From Yuukianura sp. NJ FZ-2021 (lineage: Eukaryota), in the NCBI GenBank assembly GCA_046563655.1, contig CM102285.1, positions 12,462,001-12,526,000 of the forward strand: 64,000 nt of DNA. The letters run 5' to 3'. Under the pieces are notes generated by a model that searched no databases, was not told the origin of the DNA, and was given only the letters and a program-made list of their open reading frames with translations. Of the stretch, positions 25,508-39,167 are shown in pieces. Numbering within the stretch: the first letter of the stretch is position 1; each line of letters starts with the position of its first letter. Made by a program: the position numbers and the translations under genes.

Positions 25508-26605
25508 CTACGGGGATGGGCATTGGATTGTACTCGATAGGTAAAGACGCTGACGGAAGATCTTGGTTGATTTCGTTGCGCCATTTCGGACCACTGTCGT
25601 AGATTGTCACTTTTCCAAGCGTCCTCATGGACAAAAACGGCTTGACAATGTTGAAAATGTAGGAAAATGCACGAGGAGCTGAAATTTATAATAATTTATT
25701 TAATTGAATATAATTAATTAATTTTCAATCATAATGTTAATTGTTTTGGAGTTACCGTTGATGATGTAGCAGCGATAGAGCAATTCTGGGTAGTAGGAAT
25801 CAAATTCTCGGAAGTAATTTAATATTGTGTTTACAGCTGGAAAAAGTTGAATTATCATGAAAATTGAATAAAAAAGTAATTTCAAAAACACATTTAATTA
25901 TGAAGTGAAAGTTTACTTTCCAAATGTGCAATTTTCCAGAAAGTGAGTCCAGATGCATCCATGATGACAACGAATTGCGTGACCCCTTGACCTCTTAGAG
26001 ATTCGACCATCAAGCTCATTTCTTCCAACATTCTGCGACACCGTTGGACACAGTCGTTTTTCAATCCGCTCTGAATGAATCTTCGAACCTCGTAGTTTCC
26101 CAGTGGGAAAATGTATACTAATTAAAAATTTTAAGAAATTTTTCTAAGTAAAATTTGAAATTTTGAATTTCTTAAAATTGGGACTTACTAGGACGTCCTT
26201 CTGAATCACAGCCGCTCATTCTCCATTGGAGATTCTCGGCCACTGCTTCTGACACTGAAAACTCTCGTACTTTCGCCACCTTTTCGCGTTCTCTCCACTC
26301 TATGCACTGTTCAAAAATACGTTTTCAGAAATTTTGAAAAAATTGAAAAATTCATTTTCAAAATTATGTGTTACGTTTTTCAGCATGAGCTCTGCCTTGT
26401 CCAAATCCAATTCCCTAGCACGCAACCACCGAATCAGAAACTCATCATCCAAGTTATTTCCAGCCAAGTTTTCAGCTCTTGGTCGAAACTGGAAAAAATC
26501 GTAAACAAACGTTCGTAATTTAAAAATCTCAATTCAAATGTTCAAAATAAGTTGAAAAGTTCGAACCAATTCTAGTGCTCGCTTCTCAGATTCAGTAAAT
26601 CCCAT
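25508..26605 (-). CDS. SEC14-like CRAL-TRIO lipid-binding protein (no GOLD domain)
   Basis: Absent from the ORF track because the exons are short. Spliced translation gives DDEFLIRWLRARELDLDKAELML, GCDSEGRP, QFVVIMDASGL, YYPELLYRCYIINAPRAFSYIFNIVKPFLS. Confidence 0.9.
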
Positions 26606-28283
26606 TTTTTTTTCTCGAATTTCAAAATTTCAGAAAACTGAAAACCTAAAATTCGAAGATGCTGAAACGGAAACGGGAAAGATTTAATTTATTGGCGTCC
26701 GTCCAAGAGCTGAGTCTGTCCCAACTGACCGTTGGTTCGAATCAAGACTGCTCAATTTAACTGGTCACAGTCATAGCGTCCCAAGTCTTAAAATTACCCA
26801 AAGTTCACATTAATTGTTCTCACGAACGTATCTTAACGTTAAAGCCTTTAACTTAAAGGCTCCTCAAACAATGTTATGGGAGGGGGAAGTTTGTTCCTTT
26901 GTGTTTAGGTATAAGTAAAATGCTACTTTCTTGAACAATTTTGATGTTTTCCTTTTTCTGAATTTCAAAAGTAAACAATTCACAGAATCTACCACAATTC
27001 AAAAGAACTGAAGCGTATAATCACACGGAAAAGCAACCAAATCTCTCAGAACACAATAATGTCAGTGTGTACATACGAATCTGAAGATTTTGAAAAGTCA
27101 AGGATTTCACAAAAAAAAAAAATGAAATGTTTGGGTCGACAGGGGTCAAAAAGTCAAAAATTAGTTGATTTAAAACTTATAAGTCCGGCAAAGGTCAAAG
27201 GTTAAGGTCAGTGTATTGAAGGTAGAATACGAAAGAGTAAATTGCTTCACATCCAATCAGACTTTTCTGTCATTTTGAGAATTCGTAGAATTTGTTTTGC
27301 CTAGGTCAAAAAATGTATGAAATTCAGGTTTTTGTCCAATTCCAGTTAAGTTTTGCGAGTTTCCAAAGGAGAAAATTTTCTGGGAAAACTACGCTCCAAC
27401 TACTGGATTCGGTTTCTTTAATTTGTTTGTTCATGTGCATATGAATGTAATGCATCTCGTCACAAATAACTTCTGGTTGAGCGGATACCGCCTCCGCGTT
27501 AGCAACCAGTCATGTATGAGCCCGCCACAACATCAGGACCATCCTTTATGCTTACACCAAAATCCCGCAAAGTAGCATTACTACAAAACATTCGGTTTCA
27601 AATGCACACCAAATTCATTTTCGAACTTATTCCCCGGGATTTGTTTCTTATTTACCAAAAACGCCGAAGAACGGACCAAAGTGACGGCACTTTGCAAATT
27701 CCAAGACGCCAAAATTTGGCGTCTCTCAGAGCTTAAAAAGTGAAAAATGAGGTTCAGAAAAACACCAGTGCTCCCCCCTGTGGCTCAAACTAAAAAGTTT
27801 ATAAAAATTGAAAAATGAAAAAAACGAAAAAAAAAGATCCCCAAAGAAAAACACGAAAATTTGGTTCTCCCACTGTGTTCCACCACCCCACTGCATCTCC
27901 CCTCTTGGTTGCTCGTTCGCTTCTCGCTGCCTGCGTTTTCTCTCCCTGTGGTGTTTCAATAAAAAAAAAAGAAAAAGATTTTTATATTTCTTCAACTTTA
28001 TACTTTTCATATCTCCAATATGAAAAGTTACCGGAAAAAAGTGGGTCACTCAATTTCAAAAAAACACACCCAACCAACCTCTTCTCATTTTTTTTGGAAA
28101 CGAGGAGCCATTTTATTTTATCGAAATTTTAACACCTTCACTCAGGAGACTTTTTCAAAATTTTATTTTGAAGATTGACGACAGAGTGACACTAATCTTA
28201 CTTGCTTGTTCAGCTTTTCAGAAACGAATAACGAAAAAGTGAAAGTGTCAAGTACTTACGGATTTTTTGTACAGCTGTGAACG

Positions 28284-30399
28284 ATGGATAGAACGACTCC
28301 GCCGAGAGGTGGATCTCATGCGACGAGTACATCGACAGGAGGTCACGGTCGGGTCACTCCAACTACAAATCATAACAGTAGCAAAGATCACAATGTTTCT
28401 GGTGGAGGTGGGATCAGCAACAGTCTTGGAGGGAATCGAAGCCATGGATATTGTCTCAAATGGAAATATCATCCAAACAATTTACTTCACATGTTTAATC
28501 AATTATTGCTTAATGAATCCTTTACGGATGTGGTGGTGGCTTGCGAGGGCAGAGTTATCAAATGTCACAAGGTAAACGTTTATTTCATTTGAGAAATGTC
28601 AAGGTCATGTTCACGTTGTAATTTATGTTATTGGTTTTTCAGATGGTTTTGTCAGCATGTTCCAAATATTTTGAACAAGTTTTCTGTGAATATCCACTAC
28701 AGAATTCCACTTTGGTCATCCTGAAGGACTACAATTATAACGATGTCCAAGCCATCATTGAATTTATGTACCAAGGTGAAATCAATGTAGCACACGTGAG
28801 TTACAAATCTGTCTGACGACAAACGAATTACTTATGATGTCAGAAGTTTTTATTGGCACTTTTGTTTGCATTTCAATAGGACCGCTTACAATCGCTTTTG
28901 AAAGCAGCTGAAAGCCTACAAGTCAAAGGACTCGCTGATATCACTGGAGATGGAAGCTCAAATTCAAATGCAACTGCAGCTCCAAAGGATGAGGCTGACT
29001 ACATGGCCAGTGGACATTCCGCTGATGATTCCAATCCTTCGTCTCCCATTGCAGATAGAAAACCGGAAGCTGGAGGCAGCTCAACTGCAGAAGCTCCCAC
29101 GAAGAAACGTCGTGGAAGGCCTCCTATGACACCACACATTGACAGTTCTTCGATGGGTATAACAAAAATAGTTTGCTTTTCTCACGAGTATTGCTCGCTT
29201 CAACATTTTAATTTCTTGGCTTTGATTTGATTCTAAGATGGCGGGCTAATGAACTTGTCCACTCATCCCCATTTGTTGAGCGAAGACAACCAATTCGATG
29301 ACTTCCCGCTGACCAACATGCTTGAAACTCACTACACGTCTCCTCGACCTGCCAAGAAGGCACGGCGTAAGGGTGCTTCAACTGCTACTGGTGCTGGCGG
29401 TGGCAGTACCAGTGGACAAGGAGATTCAACTGCTATGGATACACACGACAGTGGCGCTGCCGCTGATGATGGAGGATCTGACGATCAAGAGGATGACGAG
29501 GTTACAGAGGATGATATGCGCAACATTGTTAAAATGACCGATTATATCGAAAAGTAAGTTCCACCAAGTATGAATTTTAGCAATTCGGTAATTAATTTTC
29601 CAATGTTATCGATTTGAAGGGGAGGATCAAGGCCGCAGTTTTGGGACGAACCTTTGACGAAAAAAGTGATGAATGCTATCAAGGTAAGCGACTACGAACC
29701 GGAAACTTTCTAAAAGTGTTCAACTTTTTAAACATCTTGTACAAATTACAGAACAAAAAGATGGAGATGAAAGCTGCTGCAGAAATTCTCGGCGTTTCCT
29801 ATTCGACATTATATTCCAGATACAGAGAGGTTCGATTTTAGTTTTCGTCTGTTTCTACAATTTATTTAAAGCTTGGAAATTCTAATATTCAAAGCAAATT
29901 GATTTCATTACTTACAGCTCTACGGCTATCTCAAAATGCCAGCTAATCAGGACACCAATTTCAATTACTACCAAGTTTTGAATTTGCTTCGAGCTGGACA
30001 AATCTCGTTACAGGATGCCGCGAAGCGACTAAATATTAATGAAAGAACGCTCACAGCTTACTTATCAACAACAATTACGCCAAAGAAACCAAAGACATTG
30101 AAGCAGGGTAGCTCCGCTGGAGATTCCAAATCGTTCGGATTGGTACGTTTTCACTCTAAACTGATTTTTAGTAAACATATTTTGTTAACTTAAGAATTTT
30201 AACGCTAAAATTCCTTGCGTTTTTCCGAAATCAGGGTGCAAGTCTATCCGACATGAATCCAGACGATGGACTGGACGGTGGAAATCAACATTTGGATGAA
30301 TTTGATGAAGATGACTCGGACAGTGACGAAGCCAAGAATCTACACTTACCCTCAATGAAAACAGAAATAGAAGAGGGGTCATGGAGGACAGGAAGATGA
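28284..30399 (+). CDS. Tramtrack-type BTB/POZ transcription factor with AT-hook and pipsqueak-like HTH repeats
   Basis: BTB: [64 protein letters not shown]. AT-hook KKRRGRPP. HTH-like repeats MKAAAEILGVSYSTLYSRY and LQDAAKRLNINERTL. Confidence 0.88.
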
Positions 30400-31927
30400 A
30401 ATGGAGAGGTCAAGTTCCATTTTCCATCCAACAAACATGTTAAGTACTAGCGTTGTTTTTAACAGTGAAAATAGCCAGGAAGGACACAATGTTATTTAGT
30501 TGGATGTTAGTTCTCACTTTTTGCCTTTTATTCACAACAGCACGCTTTATTAGTCAAGCACTTTACAAGGTTTTTAGAAATGTTAAGACAGAATTCCTGT
30601 GTTTGAACACATTTTTAGAAAAGACTTAGCGTATTTAGAACTGTTAAAAGAGGTAGGAATGTAAGGACGTTGGGATCTTTTTTAAATTTCAGTTTCCCTG
30701 TGTCTCAGTTTGTCTTAAATTCAAATTAATTGGTGATCTCAATGGTACTCGTAAATGTTCTACAATTTGACAGTTTTCATTTCAATTAACGTCCGATTAC
30801 TTTCGTACTTGAGAAAACACACAAAATACTTTTTTCGTTTCAAAAGACTTCCTGACCCTCAAAAGCAGTTAAGTTAATAGAGTTATTTGCTGTTTGTTGT
30901 TGGTTAGAGTTAAAAATCTCTGAATTTGATATTACACTTTATTCATGCAGTGTTACAAGAGCCATATAATGTAACCTTTGACCTCTATTTTATGTCACAT
31001 GTTATACTTTTCTCCTTTTAAAAGAATAAGTTTACAATCCAAATGCTTTAGCCGGTTTCGTACGTTTGTAAATTCCCTGTGTAAGTATCAAATAGGGTCC
31101 TCCGTGATACAAAGAAGGGAATTAACGTAATTTAATTTCCAATTAAATTGTTTTCGAACCCTGATAAACTAAATGTATTTTCATGTTAGGAGGATACTGA
31201 AATTTAATTAATACACAAAATCTAAGTGTTAAGTTTAGATGTTTAGGAGATGTTAAGAAAACGCCATGTGAGGAAGTACAAGTTTGTGGATTTTGAATCA
31301 AGAACTGCGAAGTTTTCATTTTTTAGATCCCCAAATGTTTTTCAAAACTGAAAACACGACGGAGAAGAACGTTTCTTACAATTGAATAAAACCAGTTAGG
31401 GAAGGTTTCCTATTCTAAAAAACGTTGATGTTAAAAAAAGTAAGTTGTTCTAAAAACATTGCGCGTCCTTGACCCCCGGGTTTGCTTATCGCTCGGAAGA
31501 TTTCATTGGTTGAAAAAATTCTCATTTTATTGAATGCGCTCTATTAGAATAATTTTGATTAATTTCACTAATATTGAGAACTAAAAACAAGACTCACACT
31601 TAAAATTTCAAAGAGATAAAGTTAGTTTTTACTAAAACAAGATAAACAAAATTAGAAGTTTATCGACCTGATGTCAATGAACTCTTGAGTAATCCGATTA
31701 CCACTCAATTAGTAATTGAATTACTCTTACTCTTATACATTGCACTCATTCTACGGTAATGATTAAACTCTAAATGCATTTCTTCAGCAGGATATGTTTA
31801 GATTGAGACCACATCTCAGGATTAATCTTCGCTACTAGTAGCATTACCTACCAGATACCAAATAAAAGTTAGGGGATTTGGTAACGCATGCGGGCAAACT
31901 ATTTACACCACATATGGACAGCTGTAA

Positions 31928-32099
31928 AGCCCAATTTATACTTTTCGTTTCCCTGACGTTTCCCGGGCAAAAGTTTGTCGTAGACGTCTATAACAACCCA
32001 ATTTTAAATACAAACGTCATGAAGTTTTCGTTAAAATCGTGTCCTACGACAAACTTTTGCCCGGGAAACGCCAGGGAAACGAAAAGTATAAATTGGGCT
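31928..32099. mobile_element. 172-bp MITE, PIF/Harbinger-like
   Basis: 56-bp terminal inverted repeats (AGCCCAATTTATACTTTTCG...) with one mismatch, flanked by TAA at 31925-31927 and 32100-32102. Confidence 0.85.
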
Positions 32100-32614
32100 T
32101 AAAAAAAACTATTTCTTTTTGAGGCCCTGTGTACGTGTTGGGATATTTTACAACAACCTGAAACGGAAATGGGCATTCCAAAAGTACACTTAATTTAGAA
32201 AACTAAGCTAATTCGTAGTCAGGAAATCGTTTAATTTGATTGAAAATTATTTTTAAATTATCGGAAGATTAAACCGTTTATGGAAATTTACTGTACTGCC
32301 ATCAGCTGTTAATTGGATGCAAGTACATTAAATAGGGTATGTCCATATGTGGTGTAGGAGAGTTTTGAATTGTGTCCCTAAATCTAGAAGGGTTATCCAT
32401 AATTAATGCTACTATTTCAAAATTGTAGCCTAATTGTCAAAGTTTCGGCAAACCGCTTTCAGAAAAGATGGCATTTTTTTTTTAAAACGAAAGTGTAGTT
32501 TCGTAGAAATCGGAAGATTAGTGGAGTTGCGAAGCGATTTGCGAAGCAAGCGTAGTAAAAGGAGAGGATAAATAAATGCGTAGTTACTTGGTTTTCTAAT
32601 GTGTCGATGGACAA

Positions 32615-35600
32615 TCAGGATTCGAGCACTGAGCGCACCGTGTGAATGAAATGTTCCAGTCTCTGCCGGAACTGGAAACGACTGTGTCTGTCTCCTCCAG
32701 CCTCCATGTTCAAGCCAACGATGAGTCCGTCGAAGGCTCCATGCAAAGCTTCTCCACGATCCTCCCTAGAACAGATGATCTCTCGTCCGATTGCTTCGTA
32801 CATGTCCTAAAACACGGAATTTCACAAAAATCTCATAAAATACTGAGTTGTTCAGAAACAATTCTTTTGAACTTACCTTATAAGCAGAAATCAGTGCAAA
32901 AATAACGCTGGAAATCGAGGGAAGAGAATCCTTGGAAATGGTCATAGTCAATGTCATGCGAAAAAACACCTGAAAGGAAACATATAAGAATTTAGTTCAC
33001 AATATTTTAGATTTCAATGTGATTGTGGTCGAGTTTACCCCCAAGAATGGCTTCACAAGTTCGCTGTTTTCAGAACCTTGCATATTATTTCTGGAAATGA
33101 AGTTCGCTACAGACTGAAACAGAAAAAACAAAGTGAAACAAAAACTGAAGATTTTTTGTCAAAAACTTAAGTAGTCCAAATGGATACTTACTGTTATGAA
33201 ATCGCAGCAGTGGTTGAACTGATCAGCATTTGATGTTTTGAGAGCATGGCTCACAGTTTCCATGAGATGATTGAAAATTTGTGTGTTCATGTCGAAGACC
33301 GTAGCAGCATCAAGCTCACTGAGGTACGAGATTAGACGGTAGTACTTGTCACCAAACTCAGGGTAGTCGAACAAGTCCTTCGTCAGCAGTGGAAGAATTA
33401 TTACAAGGCAGTTTACAGACATGCTGGAACCAGTGACACGCGGAGGTTCTTTTCCAGCTTCGCAGTCTGTCGTATCTCAACAAAATAATCGGCAATAGTT
33501 TATAGTTTATGTTAAATGTCATCAAAAATGAATTATGATTTGGTGAAATCTTGTGTCTTACCGGGACTCAGGTCAAATAAATCCTTAGTAAGGAGACTCG
33601 TCATCATGTCGAACAGCAAAATCAAATCCTAAAAGAGAAAACTTGAATTAGAGTACCGAAATCAGAAAACAATTTCCTCTTAACTTACAAGAATTTTGTC
33701 GTCTTCAGCGCCCTTTTCGACTGAAATTCTTCCGTAGGCATGTATGGCATACATTTTTGAGACATTCAAGGCTTCGTGGTAAACTTCTAGAGCGTGTTCC
33801 AAAGTAAGAAAACTTAGAAATCGCTTGGACAGTTCCGTCATGAACTTGATGCAGAGATGCACAATGTCAGTGTAATTGTAGAAGGCAGAGATTATGGACG
33901 CAACGTGATGACGAAGAGGCACAATTCTCTGGAAGAGATCCACGGCAATACGCGGGTTCGCACTACTGGCAACTCCGATGTGTCCTGACAACAGAAACGT
34001 TAGCTCCAGTCGGGCATCTTCTCTGTGCCGCTCTGCTGGAGTGATGCTCATGAAATTAGTGAAGCGCTGGCACAGTGGCTGCAGAATTAGGTCCCAATAC
34101 TCCGTTGCAGACAGATTCCCCACAACCATGAGGGACTTCACTGAAAATCATACTTTATTACAATGCTAAGAGTTGTGTATCAATGCATCTGGGTGACTTA
34201 CTTGTTTTCTGGTAAATGTCGCAGGGTAAGTCACGTTTCTCGGGACCAACGGAATTGAGCAAGTGAACAAGAGGTCCGAATTCGACGCTAGTGAGGGCTC
34301 GGCGTGCTCTGTAAATAACAAAGATTCAACTCTTTTACGAAGATCACTTGTTAGGTTGTATATCAACTCCAATACAAATTCAAAACTTTGACGGTACGAA
34401 GCAATTTAGCACGTCTCGCATAAAAGTTATATTTGGACAGTGTCTTACTTTTCTTCGGTATTTGTGAGAGAAGCAAGCAGGTCAACTGCTGCGCTTTGGA
34501 CGGCCACTTCTCCACTGAATCCTAAATGAAGACGAACTGTCGCCAACAAAAAATCCAGAAAAGTGCCTGCCACTCGACTCTCCTTTCCCCAGACAGCTTG
34601 GAAGGAGTCGCTCATCTGAAAGAAACACAATAAATGAGCATTGTCGAAATCAACAAGCCAATACCGAGGTTATTAACACTTACATGAGCATATTGGTCGG
34701 AATATAAATAGTATATGCCTGCTACGCGACTCAGCAAATACAAAATATTCTTTGTGACTGAAAACAACAGGAAAAACGTTATCACCATCAAAAAATAGAC
34801 GTCATGTTCTCATGTTTGAAGATCGTGGTTTACCTTCCGGACTCAAATGTTCGGCGAAGCCTCCATCAACCAGTCGTCGCTCATATTCACCGACAGAAAG
34901 CAAAACAGAGATCAACCTATTGAGAACAAAAACGAAAAATTACAGACCAAAAATCGTCGACGAAAGTCACTGGTTACCTGGTAACTACGTCAACATTTCC
35001 ATCAGGAAGAGGTTGTAAGGCTAATGCATTCTCTACGCAAAGGACGGAAGTTTGTGGATCACCATTAGCTTGCAACGAAAATTGAACAACTGAAACAAAG
35101 TAACACATAAGTTAGATTTTTTTAGTTAGCACTGAAATCTCTTGAGTGATAGACTAAACTTACTTTCTTTCGGTATGAGATTGGTTTCCCCTTCGCTTTC
35201 ATAAGCCAAGAAATGGGAGGAGATAAGCAGAGCCCAATGAAGATCCTCGAAAAGATCACCAACAGATCCAACGGAAGACGACGTGAAGAGGCTGTTGAGT
35301 TGTGCAAGCAGTTGATTCAAAATGGAGATGAGAAGCTCAGCTGATTTGCTTACAACAGCTCGACCAAACAAGCCAACCGCTGAAATCAAAGCAATAAAAT
35401 ACTTCCCAGTATTATTAACTTTCCAGTATTAAAAAATAATCGAATCAAAACTGACTTACATTGTAGCTGATCTCGGAATCGAACATCATCAGTCCCTTCG
35501 TCGTCGTCATCATCATCGTCACCTGGAAGACGGCAACCCAGCGGTGGTGACAACTTCCCCCGAACATACGTGCTGAAAACGACTTCTGAGATCGGCAGAA

Positions 35601-37380
35601 TGCAGGCAGGAACAACGTCTGGCTCAGCAAGGACATTGGTCCATGCTTCCAGGAGACGAGTAGTGCTCTCCCTCAGAACTCGGTCTTCCAAGTAGCCTTT
35701 CGTCTCCTCTGCGATGGACGCTTCAAGTGTTTGACAAGTGAATCTCCCAACGACCCAGAAAAAGCTTTCCAAAAGACTTGCGTCCAAAGAGTTGAGAGTG
35801 GACATGCGATGGAACAACAAAATCTTACGCACGATCTCACTGGAAACAAAATCTCCAAAGTAAAACCAAAAATAATAAATCTTATTTCGATTTGCTTACC
35901 TTAAACCCAAGATAGCTTGTTTTCTATTGTCAGGCCTAAAATTAATAAAAAAAATCAAATTAGATGAATAATAAATTATAATTTAAGTTGTAATACTGAA
36001 CTCACATCTCGAGTAATGTTATGAACCGAGGAAGCAATCGGCCGAGTAATGCGACTCTTGAATTTCTTCCGGAAAACAAGGGACCACTCCTGGAAAATAT
36101 CAAAACAAAAGCACTCAGCCCGGCACCAAAATTTTCTGCTTTCCGCAATTCTTTTCTACTATAGTCAGTAAAGAATTTCATCAGCATTGTAACTTTAAAA
36201 AAATAGGGCTTACATTGAGAATATTTGACTAAGGAATTGGAGTGACCTGGATACCAAGGTTTCGTTATCACTGTGACGGACTTTCATATGTAGGTCAAAG
36301 AAAACGTTTTCAAAGGCCAAATTCGTCACCCTTTGCCAGCTGAGAGGTGGCCTGTAAATGATCAACTCCGTTAGTTAGATGAACTATACTTACTAACATT
36401 CTTAAAATTGTAGAAACTCACTTGAAGACTGGATTGACATCATTTTCAATGACAACTAGAATGCGTTGTGGTAAATTCGTGTTGGTGAAGCACCAAAACA
36501 ACACGGTTTCCACCAGTCTTAGGATCCGTTCGAACTCTTCCTGTCTTCCGCCTTGGTAAGTATTCAAAAACTGAAGGCACCGTTCAAAAATTAGCAGCAA
36601 CTCGTCGTTTTCAAAGTTCTTCTTGGCTGCAAAGTGGGCTTCGAAAGTGAAGATGTGGTCTGTCTTGAGGCTGACGGACACAAACTGATGTTCGGCTATC
36701 AGACTCTCCAGAATCATAGTTGCCACCAACTGGAAATTTGAAACAAAAATGAATGTTAAGACTTGTAAAACGTCGAAAGCAAGAGTGCCCTACAAAGGGA
36801 TGGCCACTGTTCGTCAGCGTATGGAGGAGGTGATGGACCAGTTCCTTCCTTTCTTGTCCATTGTGTTCAGATGCCTGATGCTTAACAATAATGGATACTA
36901 CTGAGGCCAGCCTTCGGCCCACGGCGTACGAAATATTGGAATTGAAGAGGAGATTGATGAGTTGCTGAGCCAGGACTGTGGGAACATCGGTTTGGCCGAT
37001 TCGTTCCCACCCAGCCATCAAGCTGTCACGCAGTACTTGTGCTGCATCAAAACGCAAAATCTCGGAGGATGTCCTTTCTGCAACGACAATGCGCATACTT
37101 ATTTCCCCGTTGCTAAAAGCTATGAATTGGTAGTAGTTTTGAAGGTGTATTTACCTAGAATGAACTTGCAGAGATCAATGGAATCCTTTGATTTACGGAA
37201 ATTGAGAATTACAGTCTCGGCAGTCGTCCTCTGAGCTGATGACACGGTCGGATCACTCTGAAAATACGCAACAAAATTAGAAATGATATTGAAACAATGC
37301 CTGAGAGATGGACAATTCAATTTACTCACACAAATATCAGCAGCGGTTTGAAGTTCGTCAAGTGCATGCTGAAAGTCCAT
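32615..37380 (-). CDS. XPO4: Exportin-4 (importin-beta family)
   Basis: Large multi-exon HEAT-like protein. N-terminal QRTTAETVILNFRKSK..LCKFIL, FEAHFAAKKNFENDEL, LFEDLHWALLISSHFL, AYGRISVEKGAEDDK and LFDYPEFGDKYYRLISYL match exportin-4 blocks as I recall them. Confidence 0.85.
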
Positions 37381-38297
37381 GATTAATTGGATGTCGAATG
37401 AATGAAATTGGCGTTAAAAATTATGAATACAAAATACACCCGATATCTGAAAATTAGAAAAAATTGTGTTAGTCTAACCGTAATTAACACAAACGGACTG
37501 CTAGAAAAAGGTCAATCGACTTAAAATTACCAATGGTGAACTCTCTTCCGGAGGATTCGGATAAAAACTCACCGTGCAGAGGTCACCAGCACCAGCCATG
37601 AATTTGTAGCAGGATTTTGCTGGATTTTCTTTTGTCAAGGACCAGTTCTCGCCACCTTTGAAATTTAGTTACTTCTTCGCTTGAAACAGATGATTATGTC
37701 ACTGCAGGGTTTTTAGTTGCTCCCTTCATTTCTAGTAATCAGACAATTTTCTCAGTAATCATCTGCTGCTCTCGTTCTCGTTCTCTCTCATTCATTTCAT
37801 TATTACAGCTTTCGGTTCTTCATTTGAGAATTGAGATTTTGAGAAGCATTTGAATTTCAAAGGAAACCCGCTGCTACTCTAGTACAACAGGATAAAAATT
37901 TAACGGAGAGAAAAGTCAGTGTCATCTAAGCCCTGCAATGCAAAAGGTCAAAGTTCAAACGAAGTGAAATGATTTTCTCTTGCTGAAAAGCTGAAGTCAG
38001 TATTTTTCATGCCGATTTTTATATTAGTTAAATAAGTGCTGCTTAACTGAAATCTGAAAGCTTACCAAATAAAGTGGACTTAAACAGTGTCCAAACTTAT
38101 CGCAAAAATTAACGAAGTAGGACATTCGGAGATAGTAAAACATAAAAAGTGTCTACACCACATTTTTTGATTGTTTTTCTTCTAAATTTTAAGCAAAATG
38201 CTTCGCTTGCAAAATTTAATGTCTATTGTCCGTTGCAAATTGTTCTCACGCTCCACATCTTAAGTTTTTCCTGCATCTCGGATTGGGTAGTCAGAAG

Positions 38298-39167
38298 GGG
38301 TCTCCCTAAAAGGCGGATCGCGGATTAGGCGGATTCAGCGGATTACCGCGCACTATACAAGGAAAAGGCGGATTATCGCGCACTATACGAGGAAAACGCG
38401 GGTAACCGCGCACTATACAAGGAAAAGGCGGATTACCGCGCACTCTACGAGGAAAACGCGGATTACCGCGCACTATACGAGGAAAATAACCATGCTCGTC
38501 GAAAAATATAGGAAAATCGCATTAAAATTATGAAAGTTATTTAAAAAAAATAAAACGAAATAAAATAAGAATACATAAATATACAGTGAGGTCCAGCTAA
38601 AAGTTCAACTTTAAAAGAGTACACCAAGAAATCAGTAATTTGTTTAATTTCGAAGCTATGGAGGGAAAAACGAGTGAAATAATGCGATTTGCAAAAATTC
38701 CTTCATAAAAGTTTACTAAAGTTTCAAACTTTTAACTTTTTCGTGAATTCGCAATTTTCGAAATGTTGAAAAATGACACCTGTATTTCATAGTTCGTGTG
38801 AATCTGGCTTTAGCTTGAGATGAAAACGGTTTTTTTCCACTTTGGAAATGTTTCAAAAATTTTGTTGAAAACATGGCTCATGTCCACTCTAGTTAAAAGA
38901 AAAAATCAAAAAATTGGCTTGACAACTCGCTGAGTTTCAATTCATGTTGATTTAGGCGATTTTGGGTGTAAATCGCACTCCTCCTCGTATAGTGCGCGGT
39001 AATCCGCGTTTTCTTCGTATAGTGCGCGGTAATCCGCGTTTTCCTAGTATAGTGCGCGATAATCTGCCTTTTCCTTGTATAGAGCGCGGTAATCCGCCTT
39101 TTCCTTGTATAGTGCGCGGTAATCCGCTGAATCCGCCTAATCCGCGATCCGCCTTTTAGGGAGACCC
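38298..39167. mobile_element. 870-bp non-autonomous Foldback/Mutator-like element with modular TIRs
   Basis: About 190-bp inverted arms starting GGGTCTCCCTAAAAGGCGG, each with five tandem 30-bp units. A perfect 9-bp TSD (AGTCAGAAG) lies at 38289-38297 and 39168-39176. Confidence 0.92.

Noticed and set aside
4238..26605. WS/DGAT, LRAT, ABCG and SEC14 genes as a lipid/wax biosynthetic cluster
   Set aside because: They are interspersed with unrelated genes, belong to large families and show no shared organisation. Co-expression or conserved synteny would be needed.
26690..26760. tRNA-like GGTTCGAATC (B-box/T-loop)
   Set aside because: No proper T-stem, acceptor stem or cloverleaf can be formed.
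32220..32560. Possible Helitron/Helentron-type relic (GCGAAGC repeats near 32530-32550)
   Set aside because: No definable termini, hairpin-plus-CTRR end or second copy in the window.
38338..39130. 30-bp repeats as a CRISPR array, and the 65-aa (IVRGNPRFP)n ORF
   Set aside because: Units are head-to-tail with no unique spacers, mirrored in inverted orientation and bounded by a TSD. The ORF is a repeat artefact, and the context is eukaryotic.
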